A stretch of DNA of 64,000 bases, taken from NCBI RefSeq assembly GCF_020745735.1, contig NC_083409.1, forward strand, positions 48,876,048 through 48,940,047. Direction: 5' to 3'. Positions 54,131 to 64,000 of the stretch are shown in pieces (the stretch's first letter is position 1; every line of letters starts with the position of its first letter). The notes below the pieces were generated by a model, which saw nothing but the letters and a program-made list of their open reading frames with translations, ran no database searches and was not told the DNA's origin. The position numbers and the translations under genes are program-made. This DNA comes from Hemiscyllium ocellatum (lineage: Eukaryota).

Positions 54131-54241
54131 AAACCATATGCTTGTCAGATCCCAGGGTGCACAAAGCGCTACACTGATCCAAGCTCACTGAGGAAGCATG
54201 TCAAGGCACACTCTGCCAAACAGCAACAGGTGCGTAAGAAG
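54131..54241 (+). CDS. GLIS1: Next internal coding exon of the same GLIS gene (ZF5 plus basic tail); not in the ORF track
   Basis: Acceptor cttaaacctttacAG|AAA and donor AAG|GTAAGA. 111 nt = [37 protein letters not shown], in frame with the previous exon. HSAKxQQVRKK fits GLIS1 (GLIS3 as recalled: HSSKEQQARKK), while GCTKR is GLIS3-like, so the paralog call is moderate. Confidence 0.9.
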
Positions 54242-54539
54242 GTAAGATACAATCAGATGGGTCAATGTGTAATGTATTGGGATTATTACAGCACTTTTCT
54301 TTCCAAATATTAATCTGTTTTAAAGTACACTAACTAACTTCTCCTTTTTCACCTTTATTTTACAATTGAGAATGCTGGGTGATAGAGTAAGCCCAGTGTG
54401 CTGGACACTGGGACATTTGAAAAGTATGGACAAGTTAGGAATGCCAAGCTCACACCATCCTGACTTGGAAATATGTTGCTACTTCTCCCCTGTTGCGGGG
54501 TCAAGATCCTGTATCTCTTTCTTAATATCACTGTGGGTG

Positions 54540-55175
54540 TCAGAAAGGCAAGTGAAATGTTGGTGTTTCTTGCCAGTAAAGTCATGTATGAACGTAAGGA
54601 AGTGTTCCTGTACCTGTATAAGGCCTCAGATAGACCTCATTTGGAGTGCTGTATACAATTTTGATTTCTAAATTTAAGAAGTGATATAATTGCATTAGAA
54701 AAAAGTCCAGTGAAGGTTTGCTTTACTAATTGCTGGGATGAAGAGGTTACTTTATGAGGAAAGGCTGGGCCTATTGGGGTTTAGAAGAATAAATGGTAAT
54801 TCTATGAAACACAAGATCTTGATGGGAGACTACAGTGTAAATTCTGAGAGGCTGTTTACTTTGGGGACAAGAATATAACAAGGGGACACAGTTTAAAAAT
54901 TAAGGATCTCCTATTTAAGACAGAGGTAAGGAGAAACATTTTCTCTCTGAAGGTTGTTATTCGGAATTCTGTATTCCAGAGAGATGTGGAGTCTGGGTCA
55001 TTGGATATATTTAAGGATGATTTTTGCTTGATAATGGAAATCAAGGGTTAGCAAGGATGGACAGGGAAACAGAATTGAGGGCACCAATACATTCAGATAT
55101 GGTCTTATTGATTGGCAAAGCAGACTTGACATGGATGGGTTGGACTGAAGGATCTGTTTCCATGCTGGACATTTG
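54540..55175 (+). mobile_element. Old CR1 3' fragment(s)
   Basis: LYLYKASDRPHLECCIQF; tail gggttggactgaaggatctgtttccatgctg. Confidence 0.7.
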
Positions 55176-55187
55176 GAACTGGCATAA

Positions 55188-55460
55188 GGTGGGAAAGGGA
55201 AATGAGGAAACCGGTGAAACCTTCCAGCTCAGCACTATCCTCATGACCTGTCCTACCTGCCAATCTTCCTTCCCACCTATCCGCTCCACCCTCCTCTCTG
55301 ACCTATCACCTTCATCCCCAACCCCATCCACCTATTGTACTCTTTGTCACCTTCTCCTCAGCCCCACACTCCTCCCATTTATCTCTTCATCCTGGAGGCT
55401 CCCTACCTTCATTCCTGATGAAGGGCTTTTGCCTAAAACGACGATTTTCCTGCTCCTCGC
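55188..55460. mobile_element. Rearranged Penelope 3' fragment with degenerate hammerhead at 55415-55442 (+)
   Basis: Pyrimidine-rich Penelope 3' region, then attcctgatgaagggcttttgcctaaaacg. Confidence 0.7.
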
Positions 55461-58400
55461 AAATTCAGCCTCTGCTATGTTGACAGCAAATTAACTAAAA
55501 TAACATGGATTCAGCTGGCATAAACTGCTAACTTCACCTACTAGCTGTCATGATAGTAACTGATTCCACCTACTGCTGCAGTTCAATGGGTTTGGTTGGC
55601 GTAGAGTGTTAACTAGTTTTTGAACATGACATTCTGGAGTTCCAGCATCAATTGTTTGCCTTTCTACAATGTGGGTAATGCTGAGCCTTAGATTTAAGAT
55701 TTTTCTTGCATGATATTGCGTCCGTAATGTTACTGACAAGGGGAGATTATATATTCGACATTAAAAAAAAATGAATGCTCCGAGAATATAAGGATGCGAT
55801 TGATTCTGAATTGCATTCCATTGAAACCAAACAATGACAACAATCTAGAGTGGAATATGTTGACTCATGAAGATGTCTCATGAAAGTGTTCTCTCTCATA
55901 CCACAGTGACTGCATTCAAGTTTAAGGGATTGTTAGACACTCTTTAGAACATGAGACTGTTTATGCATTTGGCTAGAATTTGGGGATATATCATTCCACT
56001 CTGCAACACAAGTCTTGATTTTTTTTTATAACACAAGTATTGATTAAACTCAGTCAAATAAATTTAAATAGGTTTATGACAGCTGCCCAAGTGGATCAGT
56101 TACTGATGGCTACATGATATAGTGCTGAATCCTACAGACCATAAGCTTTTGAGGTTTGAACTTCAGAGTGTGCTGTTAGTTGATGTATGGCAGAGCAAAC
56201 TGGTGCTAAATGGTTACAGCATCTCTGAATAGTATGGAAAAATAAGCCCCGATTTTTGTTATTGATCAGATTTTGTGAACAGCAAATAATAGAGGATATA
56301 ATTGAAATGCTACATTTTTCAATGCAGTGCAGGAGCAAAGTGATTGAGGTGTGCAGATGCATGAATCCTGAAAAGTGGGCAGAGAAGGGATTGAATACAG
56401 CAGCAAAGAAATTACCTTCTGCAAACCGATTGTTTGCCCCCATTGATGAAACTGCGTGGAATATTGGGCTCTTTGCTAAAAGCAGTTATAACAATCTGAA
56501 AGAAATTGTAGCACGGATTTACTAGGAGGATTCCAGTGATAAGAGATTTGTGTTATAAGGAATGCTCAACAATTAGGTCTGACTTATCTTTGATTAGGGG
56601 GAATTTAAAAGATTACTAAAAGGTGTTAGAAATACTAAAGGAAATCTACAAAGTAAATATAGGTAGATTATTTGCTTTGATAATTGAAGATAAGAAATAC
56701 ATGCGTGGGGGGTGGTGAATAGAAAAACATCTTTCACAAATAGTTACTGCAATATGGAGTGCTTTGTGACTAGTGATGATGCATTTTGATTGTCTTCAGA
56801 AAGGTACAGGAGAATTGCTTAAAGAAGAATAGAAAAATATTTGGGAAGAAGGCAACAAATAGATTAAAGTGAAAGAAGACAGGGAAATTTAATTTATAAC
56901 TTACATCCTATTTAGTGCAATTAAGACTGAGGGACTGAATGGTCGACACAGTTTTCTTTTTGGTATGATCACCATTATGACATCTTTGTTAGAAAGTCGG
57001 GGAGTGTAAATGTTTGGATGAGGGTAAGATGGCTTGACTGTGATATGCTAATAACATTCACACAAGTTGATTCACAAATTAAAATAAACTATCAGGGAAA
57101 AACCACTTGAACATGCTGGTGTACATAAACATTCAACTGGTATGAGTTAACAGAAAGCAAGAATTCAAAGTAAAGTATTTTCTCTGAAGCTGCACAGTTA
57201 CAATTCTGCAAGAATATTTCCATAATATATACCTAAAATAAACTGAATTACCAGGTTTCTAATTTTATAAAAGATGTAATGAAGTGTGTATTATCAATGA
57301 TGCTAGAGTGAACAGTGTGTTTTATGCTGTGTTGTTACTTTTGCTGAATTATGCATGGTGACAGTGCATTGGCAGAGATTCTTGAATCTGGAATTGAAGA
57401 TTACAATAATTCTTCTTTATTGGGTTCATTCCTCCTGCTGTTTTTAATCTTCCTCTCCAGTTGTTTTAAGAAGTACATGTTTCGCACAGTATTGCCAAGA
57501 GCATTCATTCTGCTAGTTATAAGATAGATGTCAAGATGATTTGCTACAGTGAGTCGAACAAGCTCAACTTTGCTCCAAACCTAGCAAGTGTTTTCTGTTA
57601 CTAAAAAAAAAACCAGATTCAGATTCATCAATTTAAAGAACTCAGCTCATGTGGTTCCCTTTTATAAAGCTCACAAAATCACAGAAACACTCTCAATACA
57701 ATGTTGGAGGTTACTGTAGCCCATTAGTTGCATGAGATAAATCCTTTCATATATTGAATGAAACTGTATGTTAACAGTCCTTCTAAATATTACCGGTATG
57801 TGTCCAGTCAAATATGGTAACTTGGCTCTTTGATCAGTATTTCATTGGATGGCATACATAGCTCCCAGCAGACTTGGTTATGGAATAATACAGTATGTTG
57901 TTAAGAATCCAATTTCTAAATGGTAATTATCCAGTCTGCTATTATTGGGAGATATTTTAATTTTGGATTCTCTACAAATCAACTTATTTTGTTCATCAGA
58001 GAAGGTGTTATACAGAAATGCTCATTAATGTTAATATATGACATAAACATTGAAATGGATTGTAGTGATTCTTGCTTCAGCGTGTGCTCTGGGAGAAGGC
58101 ACATAACATTGTGTTTAAGAGGTATGGATTTTCATTTTTTAACAAGGTAATATGAAAATGAGCAAAATAATATGATTGCAAATTTGAGCCTTATCTCTCC
58201 AAGTCAGAAATTAGAACATGCTCTAGTGGCAACATTAATAAGAAGATGCTATTTGCCAATCAATTCTATCCCTTTCATAAATCATACTCAAACAACCCTA
58301 CCATAAACTTTACTCCATCTCACTCAATCTTTAGTTCCTTGGACAATGTGGGCTTTTAAAACACACATGCTGTGCATCAGTTCTGTATACTGAAACCTTA

Positions 58401-58801
58401 TTATACTGTGTTTAGAAGCCGCCCTTTGTTTTACCAATTTGTTAATTGTCTTCTCTATTTTCAATATTGATGATGCCTTTTGTAAGCAAATAAAACATTA
58501 ATTATAATATAGTTCCCACTTTATTCCAGCCATGATGCTTTTGGATCTATCAACTGATGATCTGCTGGTTCTGGCAGTTAGCTACTGTTTTTAAATGTAT
58601 CACTATTAAGTAGACCCTCTGTGAGAATCACATTGACAATGAATATGTCAGGTAAGAATATGGTGACCCAGACCTTATTAATGTGACCAGGCTTGGTTTT
58701 ACCATGTCTTCCATTAATAATTACTTAATTGTCATGACAATCTAGATGGGAGGTCATGTGGCAGCTGTACAGGACATTGGTTAGGCCACTGTTGGAATAT
58801 T

Positions 58802-59009
58802 CTGGATTAGTGGTGCTGGAAGAGCACAGCAGTTCAGGCAGCATCCAATGTGCAGCGAAACCGACGTTTTGGGCAAAAGTCATTCCTGATGAAGGGCTTT
58901 TGCCCGAAACGTCGATTTCGTTGCACTTTGGATGCTGCCTGAACTGCTGTGCTCTTCCAGCACCACTAATCCAGAATATGATTTCCAGCATCTGCAGTCA
59001 TTGTTTTTA
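58802..59009. mobile_element. Penelope-derived hairpin element
   Basis: Arms tctggattagtggtgctggaagagcacagcagttcagg / cctgaactgctgtgctcttccagcaccactaatccaga; duplication ccactg(t/g)tgga(a/t)tatt at 58786-58801 and 59010-59025. Confidence 0.85.
58886..58913 (+). ncRNA. Minimal hammerhead ribozyme motif, intact core, sense to the GLIS pre-mRNA
   Basis: CUGAUGA-A-GGGC-UUUU-GCCC-GAAA-CG-UC. Confidence 0.72.
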
Positions 59010-60811
59010 CCACTGGTGGATTATTGCATGCAATTCTGGTCTCCTTCCTATCAGAAAGATGTTGTGAAACTTGAAACTTGAAAAGATTTACAAGGATGTT
59101 GCCAGGGTTGGAGGATTTGAGCTATAGGGAGAGGCTGAACAGGCTGGGGCTGTTTTCTCTGGAGCGTCGGAGGCTGAAGGGTGACCTTATAGAGGTTTAC
59201 AAAATTATGAGGGGCATGCATAGGATAAATAGATAAAGTCTTTTCCCTGGGATGGGAACTAGAGGGCATAGGTCTAGCGTGAGAGGGGAAAGATATAAAA
59301 GAGACCTAAGGGGGAACGTTTTCACGCAGAGGATGGTACGTGTATGGAATGAGCTGCCAGAGGAAGTGGTGGAGGCTGGCACAATTGCAACATTTAAGAA
59401 GTATTTGGATGGGTATATGAATAGGAAGAGTTTGGAGGAATATGGGCCGGGTGCTGGCAGGTGGGACTAGATTGGGTTAGGAAATCTGGTTGGCATGGAT
59501 GTGTTGGACTGAATGGTCTGTTTCCATGCTGTACACCTCTGTGACTCAATGTTGGAAATTGTCATCTCATAGCAATTTTTTTTCAGAATTAGATCAATTA
59601 GTGGCCAGAGGGAATACATAAGCTGCCTGTGGATGGTAAGCAGGCTTTCCAAAGATAACGAGAGGCTACTGCAGCCTGCTATTGCAAAAGAAAATTGAGG
59701 AAGGGCACCTTCACCTTGAGATGGCCTCTCAGCAATTGTAAACTGAAGAAATGATTATTGCTGCTGAACCATCACTGTAGAAAGGGAATGCTTCCACAGA
59801 GTGGCCTATGATCAGCACTGCTTTAGCCAGCTAAGAGCAACACCTGAGGAGCTGGGGGAAGGTCCTTTATATGATCCAGGAAAATTAGCGTCCCCCCCAG
59901 AGTTTGCTGCTAGGCACCTGCCTGGCCCTGATGCCATGAAACACCCACAGACTAACTGCAAAATTCTATTGGTCCCCTGATTATTTATCCTCTTAATTAT
60001 CCTCTGGATCAAGTTAACAAACCACCTGTTACTTGAAGGTGGGTGTCATTCCACAACTGACCCAAACTCCAGGAAAATGGCTGTGTCAGGACTATGCAAT
60101 GGAAGCAGCCCATTACCAGCACTGGAACTTTCCTTAACCACTCACCTCTGCTCCCAAAAAAAAATTGGCAGCAAAATCCTGCTCCATGTTAGAGAGATTT
60201 CTTTCCTATTTTTAGTCCTCTCTTGAACACACAAACTTGTGTTGTTAAAGGTTGGGAGCCAACTTTTGCCTCACCCATTCTTTATTTGTCATCCTAGATA
60301 TTAAGGGAGGGTTAATTGCTCAAATCAAGCAGTGGCTGCTGGTCATTTTCTGCTACCATTTTCCACTCCTAAGTGCTGCTGAGTCACTCAACTTTAAGTG
60401 ATTTCATAGTTGCACCTGATCCTGTCTCACCTGATGTTAGTTATGCAGTATTTCCATCAAGGATCACTATGGTCTCAACTGAACAGAAATCCTGCTGGAC
60501 ATTTTTTTCTCTTGCACAGTTGAGGCCAGTGCCATCATTTCCCCTGTAACGTAAATTTGTGATCTTCCAGATTCATTGCCGCAGAGATAATGTTTCTATT
60601 CAGTGTACCAATGGGATTCCATATTTCGGGACCTTATTGGGCAATGCTTAGAGAGTATCTTTTGTCTCATGAATAAAATCCACAAATTATCAGGTGAATC
60701 CAGGGTTCAGGATAAATGCAGTGTCAAAGGGCTTCTGTGGAATACTTCAACTCTGAGAAATAAGTTTGTCAAAGCATAACAACTGTGGGGGGGGTGGGGG
60801 AGGGGTGCTCA

Positions 60812-61325
60812 AAATTGAAATGAAAACAAAAACTGCTGGAAATACTCAGCAAATCAGGCAGCATCTGTTGAGGGATAAGAGAGCTCACATTTCAGATGAA
60901 TGACCTTTTATCAGGCCCATTCTGGTGAGAAATCATGAATCAGAAACATTGGATGGAATCGTGTGAAGACAATGTGAGTCTTGTTTGCTAGCTGCTGAGG
61001 TGGCGAGATATCTGTGTTCCTTCCTTTTGGATCATGACCAGAAGTTGAGGCCAGCAGCGACCTTTCACCTGGAGTCAGGACCCATGGGGTGATGGTCCTA
61101 TTAATCGAGAACTCCTGGCCATTCAGAGGCCAGCAGCTTTTTTTTTGCTCAGCTGTGCCTTGGGGAGGCACAGTGGCTACAGTCAGAATGATGTCAGGAA
61201 TGGCCCAGGCCGCCTCCAAACATACCACTTGAAAGACAGCATATTGTAGCCTTAACTCTCTCTCTGCAAAGATGATGCCTGACATGTTGAATATATCTGC
61301 AAGTCTCTGTTTTCAATTTCAGAAA
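60812..61325. mobile_element. Old Penelope-type inverted ends (60812-60914 and ~61250-61325) around an unrelated insert
   Basis: aaactgctggaaatactcagcaaatcaggcagcatc and its degenerate inverse gatgcctgacatgttgaatatatctgca. Confidence 0.5.
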
Positions 61326-61422
61326 GTAATGTGACTATTATTGTCGGGAAGTCCTAGACTTTTTATTATTCCAAAAAAGAATGAAAAAAATTCAGGAACC
61401 CACCAGATTTGTGCTAGAAAAT

Positions 61423-63087
61423 AGCAGACTCTGGGGGCCCTCTAGTGGTAGTGTTCCTACCCCTGGTCTGGGAGGATCAGATTCAATAACATCTCTGAAC
61501 AGGTTGAATAGAAAATATCTTGAAGCAGAACTTGACCTGATGAGAGCATTGTGTTGGCCTCTCTGATAGATTATACACAATCAAGCTATCTTGCATTGGT
61601 TTTTAAAAAAAGCAGACTCAGCATGTTCGGCTGCCCTTGGACAGAGAGCATGTGGTGTCCATGAATGCTTTCAAAGCAGTTACAGAGGAAGGGGGGCACC
61701 GTGGGGCATTCATGTGCATTATCTTTCCTACCAAATCCATTTTGATTTAATTCCTGACCTCTCTCCCTACCTTCCTCCTCCCCCCACACCCCCACCTTTG
61801 ATGGTTTGTATTGCCCTTTATAGACTTTTGAGTGTAAATATTTAATTGGCTACATGGGTGATTACTCCTGATAGTTAAAAATGTAAAAAAAAATTGAAAG
61901 TCATGATGGGAAGTCACTCAGTTGTACTGATAGCATACTGGGTATAAAAAGCAAGCAGACCCAAATGGTGCTCTTAAGGTGTAGCAGTTGTGTCCCACCT
62001 TGGAAACAGAAAGCCTAGGTTCAGGTCCCACCTCTCCAGAAGTGTGTCATAACATTTTTGAACAGGTTGATTAAAAAGGTACATGTTAAGCAGATCTGCC
62101 CCTATCACGTTTTGCACAGAAATATCTAACTGGCTACAAGGGTGATTTACTAATGGTGGTTAATAATTAAAAGGTCACAGTGATTTGGTCATGGGGACAA
62201 AACAACTATTCAGTTGTATGTGATAGTACTTGTGGATATAAAAAAATAGGAAACACATCCAAAGATGGGCTCTTGAAGCTCCGTGGTATTGTTTGTACCT
62301 CTGAGACTGGGGACTGGTTTTAAGTCCCATCTGCTGTAGAGGTGTGTAATCACATCTTCGAACAGATTGATTAGAAAATATGAAGCAGACCTCCAAAAAA
62401 AAAGCCATCACGTTTTATGTTTTGCATTGCCCTTAACAGGTTTTGAGTGTAAATATCCAGTTGGCTACACGGGTGCTTTACTGGTGATGGTTGGCAGCTG
62501 AAGGAAAAAAATGTAACAGTGATTGGTGATGGGAAGTAAACAAAAATTGTTCAGTTATATGTAAGAGCACTTCTGGATATTAAAAAAAAGCAGACCCAAC
62601 TTGGGCACTGCATGGTGTGAAGTGCTTTATTTTCCCCTTGAGTTTGGTTTTGATTTAGCCCCTTCCTGCTCTCCCTACCTCTCACTCAATTTTGAATTTA
62701 GCGTTACCTTTAACAGCCTTTGCATACAAATATTTAATTGACTATGCGGGTGATTTACAGGGTAACAGATTAAGAAAGAAAAAAAGCCCTGGTGATTTGG
62801 TAAGGGAATAAACATGTTCAGTTGTGAGTAAGAGCATTTCTGTATATAAAAAAAGTAAAACAAAAATAAAAAAAGCATTCTCATTCATCCTCCTCTCCCA
62901 ACCTTTAATGATTTGCATTGCTTGGGCTTTGCATGTAAATTAGTCAATTTGAAACATGGGTGGACCAGTGAGGGTTGATAGAAGGAAAAGAAGATACCAT
63001 GGGTCATTTGTGATGGGAAAAAAAAAATACCTGTTCAGTAGTGTGTGATAACACTTATAGATATTAAAGAGAAAAAAAACAAGCAGA
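61423..63087 (+). repeat. Stack of five Tx1 3' ends and three tRNA-like SINEs (family A) separated by AAGCAGA(C)
   Basis: Tx1 tails at ~61618-61950, 62095-62250, 62391-62587, 62596-62872 and 62880-63080, each ending in an A-run; SINE A at ~61431-61522, 61961-62087 and 62264-62382. Confidence 0.75.
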
Positions 63088-63094
63088 TGCAGAA

Positions 63095-63280
63095 GGGGTT
63101 AGTTAGCTGAGTTGGCTGGATGGCAGGTTTACAATACAGAGTGACAATAACAGCATGGGCTGAACTCCCACATGAGTGGAGGTTATCAGGGAGGTATGGT
63201 GACCCTCAGGTTAAACCACCACCAGTTATCTCTGTCTTATGAAAAAGCAGCTCCATGGTTCAGTAAGACAATGGGAACAT
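63095..63280 (+). mobile_element. tRNA-like SINE (family B)
   Basis: gttagctgagttggctgga head; gtgaccctcaggttaaaccaccaccag core shared with 2065-2232. Confidence 0.55.
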
Positions 63281-64000
63281 TACCGGCCTTCTCTGTGGTG
63301 AAATTTGTCAGTGATTTGGGTGTTTACCAAAACTCAATGATTTCAGACCATCCCTTTTGCTGTTTTCATTCCGTCAGTATTCTTTGCCGCCTAGTTCCAG
63401 GTTATCAATGGTTCAGAAATAAAGCAGACCCTGGAATGCGTCTGCAGGACAGTCTTCCCTGGGCTCGGACTAGGCTATGCATGTCATGAGTAGTGGCTGT
63501 TTTTAGTGTTCAACAATAAATGATGTTCCTTTCTGGTTGGGCTCCCTCTGTTATTACAGTGCTATTTTGATTTGATGTGTAAAAGAACAATCTGGAAGAA
63601 TTCTACTCCTCATATCACAATACAACTGAGAACCTTGTTGCCATTTCTTCAGCAGCTCTGTATGTTTTTGAAACATTTTAATAAAGGAGCCACATGGCTG
63701 GCAGATAATATAAATTGCTAGAGTGCATTTCACAACAGGTTGACTAACAATCAAGAAGCTTAGAATTTAAAGAAGGCAGCTGCTGCACAATATAGCATTA
63801 TCCAAGTTAATTAATAACCCTGAAACCACAAGTGACCTGCAACTTCCATCTGGTTCAGTGCATCCACTCCTTTCAGTCAGAAAATCGCACTAACCAAACT
63901 GAAGCATTTATTTTTGGTGATCTGGAATCCTTCAGTTTTCCAACTCTCCTTCATAGCACTTATAGTTAAGAATCCAGCTGAGTACAGTTCCTCCTTCTGT

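Larger units (their letters stand above)
58742..59550 (+). mobile_element. HER1-like CR1 3' fragment interrupted by a Penelope hairpin
   Basis: LYRTLVRPLLEY | ...QFWSPSY; collinear with 6955-7550. Confidence 0.85.

Noticed and set aside
44795-54241. GLI, ZIC or GLIS2 identity
   Set aside because: [22 protein letters not shown] and YACQIPGC fit GLIS1/GLIS3; GLI proteins have LKTHLRSH and HQNRTH.
239-63754. The many other 60-200 aa ORFs
   Set aside because: TE-derived with stops and frameshifts, or random; no splice or domain support.

Overview
Eukaryotic, repeat-rich genomic DNA, almost certainly from a shark. This is inferred from HE1-type SINEs, HER1/CR1 LINE tails and shark-type Penelope ends; an orectolobiform species is plausible. 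The window is mostly intron of a + strand GLIS-family zinc-finger gene (GLIS1 favoured over GLIS3). Only two coding exons are visible: 44795-44956 and 54131-54241, both phase 0, encoding most of ZF3 through ZF5 and a basic tail. The rest is decayed transposons (CR1-group LINEs, Tx1, Penelope-like, Gypsy, Harbinger, several SINE families), often nested. Most notable: (1) about 12 minimal hammerhead-ribozyme cores carried by Penelope termini, several arranged as near-perfect hairpins with 10-16 bp target duplications; (2) a ~1.7 kb stack of independently truncated Tx1 3' ends and tRNA-like SINEs, each bounded by the same AAGCAGA(C) motif, suggesting a self-regenerating, target-specific insertion site; (3) a Penelope 5' junction made of four reiterated 33-nt copies. 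All calls come from reading the sequence by eye; no database search was run, and TE boundaries are approximate.
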